Assembly (NCBI GenBank): GCA_965116215.1 | Contig: OZ220494.1 | Span: 1,499,992-1,563,991 of the forward strand | DNA length: 64,000 bases | Origin: Bdellovibrionales bacterium | Lineage (GTDB): Bacteria > Bdellovibrionota > Bdellovibrionia > Bdellovibrionales > JAKFYE01 | Direction: 5' to 3' | Shown here: one piece after another, positions 19,438 to 29,024 of the stretch | Position numbering within the stretch: position 1 is the first letter of the stretch | Layout: every line of letters begins with the position of its first letter | The notes under the pieces: generated by a model | What the model was told of the DNA's origin: nothing | What the model saw: only the letters and a program-made list of their open reading frames with translations | Databases searched by the model: none | Position numbers and translations under genes: made by a program

Positions 19438-20838
19438 ATGGAAAACCAGAAGTTTTATAAGCAACTTCATTCTTTTTTAGATTCTTTTAAGCTCTTTTTT
19501 ATAATTTTTGTTAGCGGTGTTTTTGTTGTCCATCTTCCAGTTTATGGTGAACTGTCTTGTTATTCAAAGGGCAAGGTTCAATCCAAATCTATAAGATCAA
19601 GTGGAGTCCAAGAGAAGGTAGAGGGTTTATTATCTGAGTTAAGAAAGAGAAAAATAACTAAAGGATTTCTAGAGGATTTGTTATCTCATTTACAGCAGAA
19701 AGGATATCGATCCTTTCTGTATAATATGAAAAAAAATGACTTGTATCATGTACTTTCTGTTGTGAATCAAAAAGAGGCAAATCAGTTACTATTTAATTTA
19801 ATAAGGGGGGCTTCTGAAAGGGTAGAGCTAACCCAGAAAAGGATTTATGATATTTTACCTAATTTAAAGAAAAAAGAAGTCTATGATTTACTATCTGATT
19901 TAGTTTTATCTAAAGATCCCAATAAATGGCATGATTTGTTATTTGGTTTAAGTCCACAAGAGCTATATGAGACCGTATTGTCTCGCTTTAGTAGAAAAGA
20001 GCTTTCTGATTTGAGGAAGAACTTTCAATATAGGGTGAGAGGGGCTCATGCCAATCGTTCTTTTATTAGTTTTGATATTTCTGAGCGCAAATCTGGAAAC
20101 ACGAAATTGAAAGAGCAAAACGAATCTGCTTCTTTTGTTGTGATAGATTTAGAAACCGGGGGTTTAAGTTCTAAAATACATGAGATCACTGAGGTGGGGG
20201 CTATTCGCTATGTCAAAGGTCGTCCTGAGTCGGTTTTTGAGACGCTTGTGTGGACACCAAGTAATTGGTTGAAGCAAGAGGCTCAGAAGGAAGTCGTTAA
20301 ATTAACAAATATTACAGATAAGATGCTTCAAGATAACAGCCTCCTTGGAATAGACGCAATTATAGAGCCACTGATTCAGTTTTTAGGAAAAGATCTTGTT
20401 GTTGCCCATAATGCCTCTTTTGATGTTGGTTTTTTGCGTACTGCCTATATGCGACTCAATAAAAGTATTGAGATATTTAACGAGTCCATTGAAATCTATA
20501 ATAAAGAACGCAATACAAAAGTGACCAAAATTGATGAAATTAAAAAACCTGATGGTTCCATTATTGACACTTTAGCTCTGTCTAGAAGAATGTTGTCAGG
20601 TGTGGGTAGTCATGCCTTGGGGAATTTAGTGAAAGCCTTAGATATTAGAACTTATGGTCCTATGCACCGAGCTAAGGAAGATTCCTATTGTTGTGGAGAA
20701 GTTTTTCTTCATATTTTAGATAAGATATCTCGTGAATCTCGTTTTACAAAAGATGAGGTGTTCAAAGCCCTTGCTGATGAGACTATAGGAGATGGTTATT
20801 ATTCTCGAATTGTCGATTACTTGCTCGAAAATAATTAA
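19438..20838 (+). CDS. DEDDh 3'-5' exonuclease paralog with an N-terminal extension of about 230 aa and a signal-anchor
   Basis: C-terminal half has IDLETGG, AHNASFDVGFL and HRAKEDSYCCGEVFLHIL, paralogous to 18571..19185. The N-terminus has a hydrophobic helix (FKLFFIIFVSGVFVVHLPVYG) followed by a helical region. Confidence 0.7.
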   Translation: MENQKFYKQLHSFLDSFKLFFIIFVSGVFVVHLPVYGELSCYSKGKVQSKSIRSSGVQEKVEGLLSELRKRKITKGFLEDLLSHLQQKGYRSFLYNMKKNDLYHVLSVVNQKEANQLLFNLIRGASERVELTQKRIYDILPNLKKKEVYDLLSDLVLSKDPNKWHDLLFGLSPQELYETVLSRFSRKELSDLRKNFQYRVRGAHANRSFISFDISERKSGNTKLKEQNESASFVVIDLETGGLSSKIHEITEVGAIRYVKGRPESVFETLVWTPSNWLKQEAQKEVVKLTNITDKMLQDNSLLGIDAIIEPLIQFLGKDLVVAHNASFDVGFLRTAYMRLNKSIEIFNESIEIYNKERNTKVTKIDEIKKPDGSIIDTLALSRRMLSGVGSHALGNLVKALDIRTYGPMHRAKEDSYCCGEVFLHILDKISRESRFTKDEVFKALADETIGDGYYSRIVDYLLENN

Positions 20839-21099
20839 AAAAATCCATTCTGAAAAGAAGAAGATAATAAGATGCTTCCTTTTTGTTGTATTCGAATATG
20901 GACGTCATAGATTTTTATAGAGATCAAATAACTGAAATTAGAATATAAAGTCTGTATACTTTATTTTGTTTGATAGGGGTCAAATGGTTGCCATTGTAGT
21001 GATACGGTATATGAAGGGGTTATTATTTGATGCTATGAGAGGATTCTCCTATCTAAAATAGAACTTCCAAGAGATATGGGGGCTTCAATCACACACTCT

Positions 21100-22722
21100 T
21101 TAACATTTTACTTTATGGGCTATGGGGTAACGTCTTCCGCGTCCAAAAGAGCGATTAGAAACACGTAAAATGGGTGGGGATTGCCACCTCTTGAACTCTG
21201 AATTGTACATAGCTTTCAGGGTCCATTTGTCTACTGAAAGATGAGCGGGTCGACATTTGACAACTAATCTTTCTATTGCAGGATCCAATTCGTCATATGG
21301 AGGAAGTACGTCTGTATCTTGCTGATTGGGGCTTAATTCTGCAGTAGGGGGTCTAGAAATAATTTCTGAAGGAATAAGTTTTCTTTCTTTATTATAAATC
21401 TCACAGAGTTCATAAACTTCTTTTTTTAACAAATCTCCAAGAGGTGCCAGTCCCCCACACATATCTCCGTAGAGAGTCGCATAACCTGTTGCATATTCTG
21501 ATTTATTTCCCGTCGTGAGCAGGAGGCTATCTTCTTGGTTAGATATGGCCATAAGAATAACCCCTCTTAAACGTGCCTGTATATTTTCACTCACTTGCTG
21601 GGTGGGATGTGAATTAAAGAGTTGTTCTAAGTCTGTCATCATTTTTTTATAAATATCAGTTATTTTATAAGGTATGCATTTTATACCTAAATTTTTTGAA
21701 AGTCTTTTTGTCCATTTTAAACTTTGAGGGCTGGAATAGGGGCCGGGTAGGGCCAAGGCTTTTACAGCCTCTGCGCCCAAGGCGTCCACAGCTAAACAAG
21801 CGACCAGAGCAGAATCTATTCCTCCACTGAGTCCGAGGTGGGCTCGAACAAATCCTGTCTTTGTTACAAAATCTTTAATTCCAAGAACAAGAGCTTCACG
21901 AAGAGACTCTCTGCCGGTAGGGAAATATTTATTTTCTGATGTTGTGTGCTTAGAATTTCTAGATTGAAGGTTATAAACTTGAAGATCTTCTTTGAAACGT
22001 AAACATTGGACAGGGTTTTTACCCTGTTTATCAAGGACAAAACTAGAGCCGTCATATATGATTTCATCCTGTGCCCCAACCATGTTGACATAGACCACAC
22101 TGGCTTTGAAGAGCTTTCGAGTAGAGTCGACCACTTTTTTACGTCTTTTGTGTTTATCCTTTGAAAAAGGTGATGCACTTAAATTAATGACAAGATCTAT
22201 TTTTTGATTTTCGAGTTTTCTAAGGGGATTTTCGGCGTAGTCGACTCCATTTTTTTCCCATGACCAGATATCTTCGCAAATGGTGATAAGTATATTTTTA
22301 CCTTTGAACTTAAGAATATTTTTTTTAAGATCTCCTTTTTCAATGTGTCTTGGCTCATCAAATACATCATAGGTTGGTAAAAGTTCCTTAGAAAAAATTT
22401 TTGGCCTCTGACCCTTTTGTAAGAGAGCAACAGAATTTTTATATTTTTTTCCTTTAGTTGTATTGAAAGATACAAAACCGACTAGGGCAGCAATGTCTTT
22501 TGGAAGTTGAGTGACTATTGCATTTAAAGTTTTTATTTGTGCTTTGACAACAGAGGACTGCTCTAGTAAATCACTTGGCCAGTAGCCAAATAAAGACATT
22601 TCTGGAAAGACAACAAGGTCACAATTCTTCTGTTTGGCTTGTTGAATATAGCGAATAATCTTTGCCTTATTTTTATCAAATGCACCTATATGAGAATTAA
22701 TTTGGGCTAGGGCTACACGCAT
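21100..22722 (-). CDS. nadE: Glutamine-dependent NAD+ synthetase
   Basis: N-terminal CN-hydrolase domain (FPEMSLFGY, ICEDIW) fused to an NAD synthetase PP-loop (LGLSGGIDSA). Confidence 0.9.
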   Translation of the reverse strand: MRVALAQINSHIGAFDKNKAKIIRYIQQAKQKNCDLVVFPEMSLFGYWPSDLLEQSSVVKAQIKTLNAIVTQLPKDIAALVGFVSFNTTKGKKYKNSVALLQKGQRPKIFSKELLPTYDVFDEPRHIEKGDLKKNILKFKGKNILITICEDIWSWEKNGVDYAENPLRKLENQKIDLVINLSASPFSKDKHKRRKKVVDSTRKLFKASVVYVNMVGAQDEIIYDGSSFVLDKQGKNPVQCLRFKEDLQVYNLQSRNSKHTTSENKYFPTGRESLREALVLGIKDFVTKTGFVRAHLGLSGGIDSALVACLAVDALGAEAVKALALPGPYSSPQSLKWTKRLSKNLGIKCIPYKITDIYKKMMTDLEQLFNSHPTQQVSENIQARLRGVILMAISNQEDSLLLTTGNKSEYATGYATLYGDMCGGLAPLGDLLKKEVYELCEIYNKERKLIPSEIISRPPTAELSPNQQDTDVLPPYDELDPAIERLVVKCRPAHLSVDKWTLKAMYNSEFKRWQSPPILRVSNRSFGRGRRYPIAHKVKC

Positions 22723-22754
22723 GACTTACTATTTAGAGATTTAATGAAGAAATG

Positions 22755-23177
22755 TCACGCTTCACTCTCGATTTCATCGGATACAGGTAGAAATAATTCT
22801 TGAAATTTGGGACTCTGGGCCAGTTGAATGCGTTGACTAAAGCCATCTGCGTACCCATGCCAATGTTTGATCGTTTTTTCCGGGTACATCCAGCAAAAAT
22901 ATCCTTCACCAGAGTCAAAGTCAGCCAGCCACAGGCCCCTAGGTATGGCACCTAACTTTTCTACTTTGCTTTGCCAGGTATCAATTTTTTTGTTGAGTTT
23001 TTGTTCGAGGATATTAGCTGCTTTTTTATTTTTTTTTTCAAAATTTTCTAATTGATATATCATAAATTCAACATCATCGTTGTACTTTTGAGTAATGTGA
23101 TAAATAACAGATAAAACTTTCTGCGCTTCTTGGATAGAAAATGTATGTTGACCCTTAATGTGTATAAGTTCCCCCAT
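22755..23177 (-). CDS. DUF2203-family protein
   Basis: 140 aa. The N-terminal FSIQEAQKVL and the C-terminal GLWLADFDSGEGYFCWMYPEKTIKHWHGYADGFSQR match my memory of the DUF2203 pattern. Confidence 0.5.
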   Translation of the reverse strand: MGELIHIKGQHTFSIQEAQKVLSVIYHITQKYNDDVEFMIYQLENFEKKNKKAANILEQKLNKKIDTWQSKVEKLGAIPRGLWLADFDSGEGYFCWMYPEKTIKHWHGYADGFSQRIQLAQSPKFQELFLPVSDEIESEA

Positions 23178-23651
23178 GTACTTGCTCCCCCCACTAAATA
23201 TTTATTAGGTCGCATTCAGTGAGTTCTTTCAAGTATTTTGTTTTGCGCAAAGTAAATTGTGTCCGGATATAATATACAAGACGTTAGGATTGTTTTTTTT
23301 ATATATTATTTTTTATTTCTATAGAGTTTGGTCAGATGGGATTCTATTGGAGTGATTTTTTATAAGTATCTTTTTGACTCATGTGCGCTCTCGTAGAAAA
23401 TACAAAGTCTTTGTTCTTACAGAGTGATTTTAATAGGTAATAATTGACCACAGATAAAATTGTGAATAGAAATCGGACACAAAGAAGCCAAAAAATTTAG
23501 CATTTTGAATCCCTATTAAACAGAGATGATATATTATATTTTATTATAGGAGGAATTAAAATCGCACATTTTTATTTTTCAAACGTAAGGCTCAAGTTAC
23601 AATGACCCAAGGCTTCTATGGGCCGCAACGCATCTTGAGTATTTTCTATAA

Positions 23652-24512
23652 TTATCCCTGCATGTTTTTTTTGATTTGATAGAGTTGCCCACCTATAACG
23701 AGAATAACGATGAGAATAATACCAAAGATGAGAAGATATTTTATATATTTACCCCATGATATATCTATTTCTAAGTCAACGTTCGATAGTTTTTTTTCTC
23801 TTCTTTCAATCAGAGCCCCTCTATAAGAGGAACTGATATCTCTTTGTGAGGCTTCTATCTTTGGTTTTCTGAGTTGGGCCTCTTGTTTTTTCTGTCCTTT
23901 ATCGGCACTTATATATCTCAATCGACCCTGTGCAAGATTATCTGTGCTATTGCTGGAGAGAGGATTTTTTCGTAATGATAAGGGGATGCCTTCCTCTGTC
24001 CCATCTAGGTTTTTTATATTGCCCTTATTGAGGCCTACTTTTTTAGTGCGACCAGTATTGGAAAATTGAGATAGATCATCACTGTAACTGATTTGTGAGC
24101 CTGAGCCTCTTAAAGATCTCTTACTAGGGGAAAGGGGAATAATCTTAGAATCAGGCCCTTCTGATAGGGTTGCTGCATTCTGACTTGCTGGAGCCTGCTG
24201 ACTCTGATTCGTTGCACTGGGAGCATTTGTATATGGAGATGGGTTTGATCCTCCTGTTTTTGCCGATCTATCAACTTGATATTTAAAACCTTGGTATTTT
24301 ATATTACAAATTTGCGACCCTGGTAGTGAACCCGTTTGTAATAGGCAAGTTAAATAATCTCCCATCAGCATATCTGTGTAATCACGAATACTCTGATTGA
24401 ATTGAACAAGAAGACCTAGACTAATAGCTGTAATGAAGATGAGTAAAAGGATATATTCTAGAAGGGCCTGTCCTCTTGTACTTAATATTTGCAATATATG
24501 TTTTTTGTCCAT
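23652..24512 (-). CDS. Hypothetical protein with prepilin/Flp-TadE-like N-terminus and C-terminal TM anchor
   Basis: N-terminus STRGQALLEYILLLIFITAISLGL has Gly then Glu at +5, as in class III signal peptides. A long S/P/Q/N-rich low-complexity middle is followed by a C-terminal TM (YLLIFGIILIVILVIGG). Confidence 0.4.
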   Translation of the reverse strand: MDKKHILQILSTRGQALLEYILLLIFITAISLGLLVQFNQSIRDYTDMLMGDYLTCLLQTGSLPGSQICNIKYQGFKYQVDRSAKTGGSNPSPYTNAPSATNQSQQAPASQNAATLSEGPDSKIIPLSPSKRSLRGSGSQISYSDDLSQFSNTGRTKKVGLNKGNIKNLDGTEEGIPLSLRKNPLSSNSTDNLAQGRLRYISADKGQKKQEAQLRKPKIEASQRDISSSYRGALIERREKKLSNVDLEIDISWGKYIKYLLIFGIILIVILVIGGQLYQIKKNMQG

Positions 24513-24570
24513 TTTAAATTGGAAGCCTCCTCATTTTGAGAATTCCCCATCCTATATTATACTATGAAGT

Positions 24571-25920
24571 GTGAAAATTTTTGGAATAAGAAGAGAAACA
24601 CGACCCCTTTACAATAGAAAATCTTTAAAAATCAATCATTTCACTTTATTTTTTCTTCCCCTTTTTTATTTTACATCCTTTTCTTATGCAGAAGATGTTT
24701 TAGATGAGATGGTGACAGAATTTTTAGAGATGGAAGATGTGCAAGATATTGAAAGGGGTATCTCAAAAGTTGTTGAAGGAAAAATCGTAGGTGATGGTGC
24801 ACAGACGATCAAAAAGAATAGGGATGAAGGGAGGAGCAAAGAGGGTATACGCAATGTTTTGGGGGATGGGCCGGAGACTCAAGTTGTTTCAAAACAACAG
24901 AGTGTTTTAGAACTCATGGAGGCTTTAAGAAAACAGCCTCGGAGTGCAGAGCTTCATTATAAAATAGGTAGAGCTTATCTGGATCAGGGCAATACAGAAA
25001 GGGCGATTAAGCATCTACGGATTGCAAATTATCGACAAAATGATGAGAGGCTGCTTTGGCTGTCAAGAGCGTATGAAAAAGCTGGGCAATATAAAAGACA
25101 GGTGAAGGTCATCGAAATTTTTCTAAAAAAATACTCTGCCGGTTATGATATTCTCTTAGAGTTTGCACGTGCTTATTTAAAAAATGATGAGACTTCACGT
25201 GCGATATCTACTTTTAAAAAGGCCATATCTCTTGAGCCAAAGAGGAAACTAGCGTATGTCGAATCCATTAAAGCGGCTGAATTAAAGGGTCAATCTCATG
25301 AACTTCAAATTCTTCTGGAGGCGATGAAGAAGCGATTTGATAAAGAGCCCTTTGTTTATAATAAATTTTGTAAGTACTACTTCAATCAGTCTTTTTATAA
25401 GAACGTGGAGATATGTCGAGAAGCCATTGAGCTAGATCCTGATTTTGCAGAAAATCATATCTATTTAGGTATGGCCTATATACAACGAGAGGATATTGAA
25501 AAAGGTAGTGATCTTATTTTTAAAACAGCAAAGAGATTTCCCTCCTCTTCATTTGCTCAAAAAACAGCGGGAGACCTTTCTATAAAGAATCAAAATTGGC
25601 AAAGAGCTGCTGGATATTTTAGTCAATGTGTACGAGCAGATAATAAACACGAGTATTGTTTTCTAGAGCTTGCTAAGGTAAAGTTTCAGCTAGAGGAGTA
25701 TAAAACAGCTTTAAGTCATTTTAAATCTGCCTGTGACTTACAACCTTTAATGCGTATAGAAATAAGAAAAGCTATAACAAAACTTATCTTCAAAAGAAAA
25801 GATAACTTAAAAAGACGCTATGAATATGTCTATCAACAATGTGGAAAGATATCACAGGCTGATCTTTCTTTTTTAGATAAAAAAGTGTATGAACTTGTCC
25901 GGCTTACAACCTATTTTTAA
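24571..25920 (+). CDS. TPR-repeat protein (exported or membrane-anchored)
   Basis: N-terminal hydrophobic segment (FTLFFLPLFYFTSFSYA) followed by multiple TPR-like A/Y/L periodicities (YKIGRAYLDQGNTERAIKHL and others). Confidence 0.55.
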   Translation: MKIFGIRRETRPLYNRKSLKINHFTLFFLPLFYFTSFSYAEDVLDEMVTEFLEMEDVQDIERGISKVVEGKIVGDGAQTIKKNRDEGRSKEGIRNVLGDGPETQVVSKQQSVLELMEALRKQPRSAELHYKIGRAYLDQGNTERAIKHLRIANYRQNDERLLWLSRAYEKAGQYKRQVKVIEIFLKKYSAGYDILLEFARAYLKNDETSRAISTFKKAISLEPKRKLAYVESIKAAELKGQSHELQILLEAMKKRFDKEPFVYNKFCKYYFNQSFYKNVEICREAIELDPDFAENHIYLGMAYIQREDIEKGSDLIFKTAKRFPSSSFAQKTAGDLSIKNQNWQRAAGYFSQCVRADNKHEYCFLELAKVKFQLEEYKTALSHFKSACDLQPLMRIEIRKAITKLIFKRKDNLKRRYEYVYQQCGKISQADLSFLDKKVYELVRLTTYF

Positions 25921-26011
25921 AAATTTGAACGATGGTGAATAGAATATCAAAAGTGAGGGTCAATATATGCCTTTCTGAGGTGTATTGAGATTTGCATGAC
26001 TTTTTAAAGAT

Positions 26012-26617
26012 ATGCATTTTCGAAGAATGATTTCAGTATGTGCAATATGTGGCTCATGGCTTTCTAGAAAAGATATACTGTGTGCTTATTGTGAGTCTAT
26101 TATTGGTCGATGCCCTTTGTATTATTCATCTAAAATAAATCTGCCTACTGTCTCTCTTTTGAAATGGACATCCGAAAATCAATATTTTATTAAAAATTTA
26201 ATGCTTTGCCAAAAAGGAGGTTGGTCGAAGTATTTTTACTCCTTTGTGGCTTCTAAAATTTTATTTTCTGAAATGAGCCGACACAATGCTCCTTTACTTG
26301 TTCCATGTCCTTCTTTTAAGAACAAAACTTCAAATCATGCCTATGAGCTGGCTCAGGCCATTTCTCAATACTGGGGTGTAGATATTTTTGATGGATTAAA
26401 AAACCTATCATCAGCTAAACAACAGAATTTAAAGCGTTTGGAAAGATGGAAGATTTCTATTAAGAGATATAAAACAGTCAAGTCATTTCATTCATTGATT
26501 CTGGTAGATGATATTATAACAACTGGGGCAACAGTTCACGCCTGTTGGAAGGCTATGGGCTCTCCTCTAAATACAAGCGTTTGGACTATTGCCTGTAAGG
26601 AAGAGCAAATTCTTTGA
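26012..26617 (+). CDS. ComF-family phosphoribosyltransferase-domain protein
   Basis: N-terminal Cys pairs (CAICGSW...CAYCES) and a C-terminal PRTase motif LILVDDIITTGAT. Confidence 0.7.
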   Translation: MHFRRMISVCAICGSWLSRKDILCAYCESIIGRCPLYYSSKINLPTVSLLKWTSENQYFIKNLMLCQKGGWSKYFYSFVASKILFSEMSRHNAPLLVPCPSFKNKTSNHAYELAQAISQYWGVDIFDGLKNLSSAKQQNLKRLERWKISIKRYKTVKSFHSLILVDDIITTGATVHACWKAMGSPLNTSVWTIACKEEQIL

Positions 26618-26648
26618 AAGCCAATGATAATTTGTTAAGGTCCTTCTT

Positions 26649-27470
26649 ATGTATTTTCTGCGGTGTATTTGTTTAATATTCTTTAGTGTCTATAGTTTGA
26701 ACAAAGCCATTTCTTCTAATCAAGAAAAAGGGGCTTATAAGCCGGTCTTTAAAAAAGTGTTCTCTGGTCCATATCATCATAAAAAAAAGTCTCTTCAGGA
26801 ACGTGATTTCAACTCCGTGCTTGGCAAGAAAGTATCTTCGGAAAAGAAGAAATCAACAAAGCAAGGGCCAGGAAATAAAGAAAAGGAGATTTTAAAAAGA
26901 GTTTTAGAAAAATATTCAAAGACTAAGTCTATAAAGATGAGGGTTAAAAAAACACTTCATCTAAATCTTATTGAACAAAAAAAAGAATATCAGGGGGAGT
27001 TATTGATAAAGGAGGGTGGCCGACTGCGTCTTGATCTCAAAAAACCAGAAAAATCTTTAGTTATTATCAACAATAAAATCATTTGGTCGGTATCTTATCC
27101 AAGTGATCCTGAGTTTGATAAGACAATTCGAGTTCTCAAATTTTCGCCATCCAGTGACTTAAGATCTCAGTTTTTATTTTTATCTTTGATAGGGAAATCA
27201 GATTTATTAGAGGTTTTCAAAATTAAATCAAGTAAGAAAAAACATCATAATCTAGAATATTTTCTAGAGCCTAAAAAGAGGATAGATCGTATTAAAAAAC
27301 TAGAAATAAATATCAATTTCAAAAAAAGTATCATTGAAAAATTAACCTATACTGATGATTTGAGTAATCGGACTGTCTTCTCTTTTGATAAGATTCGCTT
27401 TCAAGAGCCCTTGGAAGATAGAGTATTCGAATTTGTACCACCTAAGAATGCAGAGATAACCACTTTGTAA
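26649..27470 (+). CDS. LolA-like outer-membrane lipoprotein carrier family protein
   Basis: Signal peptide, then a pattern resembling the LolA fold: IKMRVKKTLHLNLIEQKKEYQGELLIKEGGRLRLDLKKPEKSLVIINNKIIW. Confidence 0.45.
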   Translation: MYFLRCICLIFFSVYSLNKAISSNQEKGAYKPVFKKVFSGPYHHKKKSLQERDFNSVLGKKVSSEKKKSTKQGPGNKEKEILKRVLEKYSKTKSIKMRVKKTLHLNLIEQKKEYQGELLIKEGGRLRLDLKKPEKSLVIINNKIIWSVSYPSDPEFDKTIRVLKFSPSSDLRSQFLFLSLIGKSDLLEVFKIKSSKKKHHNLEYFLEPKKRIDRIKKLEININFKKSIIEKLTYTDDLSNRTVFSFDKIRFQEPLEDRVFEFVPPKNAEITTL

Positions 27471-27731
27471 CTTTAGTCATCAACAAAGTTTTGGGTTATT
27501 TTTCATGAAAAACTAGAAACTCATCAAGATTTGAACTCATAACTTATTTTTGTATATTAGACTCTTGTACAGGTCACCGTTGACATTTTTTATTATCAAT
27601 GATTGGCTAAAAATAGAAGTGTAAATTTTTTGTAGAGGGTGGTGGATGTGTTTTTAGGGAATGTAGTTATAGTTTATGTGTTTTCGGCCTTGGCCCTCTT
27701 TATTATTAATATTATTATCAGTCAGTAATTT

Positions 27732-28286
27732 TTAATGTTTGGGGTAGTAGATCTCTGGATAGTTGCGCCCCAGTTCCAGGTGATCCATTCCATACCCAAT
27801 AATATAGCGATCTTCAATTGTTTGTCCAACATAGTTTGGTTGAATATTGGTGACTCGACGAGCTGGTTTGTCAAGAAGAGTGGCAATTTTTAGAGATGCT
27901 GGCTTGGAGGCTAAAATATAATTATATAGAAAGCTTAAAGTTCTGCCTTCATCAATAATTTCTTCTAAAATAATGACATTTTGATCAGTTATGCTAACAC
28001 TTATGTCCTTTAAAATATGAAAACCATCTTTATTATTGAATCCTTTTTGGAGTAGGGGGTTAGCAGAGTGTCTTGTAAGCTGAACAAAATCAATTTGTTG
28101 ATGGAGTTGTAAAGCCCGAGAAAGATCAGCTGCAAAATGTATAGACCCTCTAAGATCTCCAATTAAAATGACTTCCTGTTCTTGATAATCTCTCTCAATA
28201 TCTCTTGCTATCTTTAATATCAGTGCTTCAATGTCCTCTTTTGATAGGAATATGGTCATTTCATTCTTTTTTGTTTTTTGGCCCAT
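27732..28286 (-). CDS. hpt: Hypoxanthine(-guanine) phosphoribosyltransferase
   Basis: PRPP-binding motif VIILEEIIDEGRTL and typical N-terminal and C-terminal blocks (YIIGYGMD). Confidence 0.85.
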   Translation of the reverse strand: MGQKTKKNEMTIFLSKEDIEALILKIARDIERDYQEQEVILIGDLRGSIHFAADLSRALQLHQQIDFVQLTRHSANPLLQKGFNNKDGFHILKDISVSITDQNVIILEEIIDEGRTLSFLYNYILASKPASLKIATLLDKPARRVTNIQPNYVGQTIEDRYIIGYGMDHLELGRNYPEIYYPKH

Positions 28287-28298
28287 TATAAACTCCCT

Positions 28299-29024
28299 TT
28301 AGGTGCCTAGATCTGTGACTTTAGACTCTTGGGCGACTCGTATGTAGTTGTGAACGTCTTGGTTTTTGGGGTCTCTGGCCAGAACATTTTCCCACTCTTC
28401 GACGGCATCGATAATAAGGCCAGTATGGTATAGAATTAAACCCAGTTTGATGCGAGCGGGAAGATAATCGGGACGCTCTCTCCTTAATGTTAGAAGTTCT
28501 TTTTTAGCTCTCTCAATATTGCCATCATTGATAAAACATTCAGCAATTTTCATTTTTGCTTTTGTTGAATCTTTTTTCAATTGTATCGTTTTAAAGTATT
28601 GTTCAAGAGCCTCTACATACATCTTGTTTTGAAAATAAATATCACCAAGTTCAATATGTTTTTGATAAAGCACTTTTTCTAAAAAAGGATCTGTTTTTGT
28701 TTTTTTTCTATTCAATGCCTTTTGTGCATCTAGAAAGATCTTTTTCCCTTCCTCATATTGCCCTAAATCGTTGAGTATAATGGAGAGACCTACACTGGCA
28801 TCTGTATAACTGGGATCAATATCCAAAGCTCTCTTAAACGTAGCTATGGCTTTTTTGAACTTCCCTCGATCATAGTATATTGTTGCTAACATTTGAAAAA
28901 CTTCAGGGTTTTTATTATCTATCAGTAAGAGTTGATTCAATATTTGTTCAGTCCGACTATATTTTCCATCGATAAAGCTTGCTCTTGCCATAGAAAGCAT
29001 ATCTGTTGCATCAATGTATGCCAT
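28299..29024 (-). CDS. TPR-repeat protein
   Basis: Repeated TPR units (for example YDRGKFKKAIATFKRALDIDPSY). It overlaps bamD by 14 nt. Confidence 0.6.
   Translation of the reverse strand: MAYIDATDMLSMARASFIDGKYSRTEQILNQLLLIDNKNPEVFQMLATIYYDRGKFKKAIATFKRALDIDPSYTDASVGLSIILNDLGQYEEGKKIFLDAQKALNRKKTKTDPFLEKVLYQKHIELGDIYFQNKMYVEALEQYFKTIQLKKDSTKAKMKIAECFINDGNIERAKKELLTLRRERPDYLPARIKLGLILYHTGLIIDAVEEWENVLARDPKNQDVHNYIRVAQESKVTDLGT

Noticed and set aside
27639-27728. Hydrophobic mini-ORF of about 29 codons (…VDVFLGNVVIVYVFSALALFIINIIISQ) between the LolA-like gene and hpt
   Set aside because: It has only GTG starts and a weak ribosome-binding site, and there is no supporting context. It cannot be distinguished from chance in AT-rich DNA.
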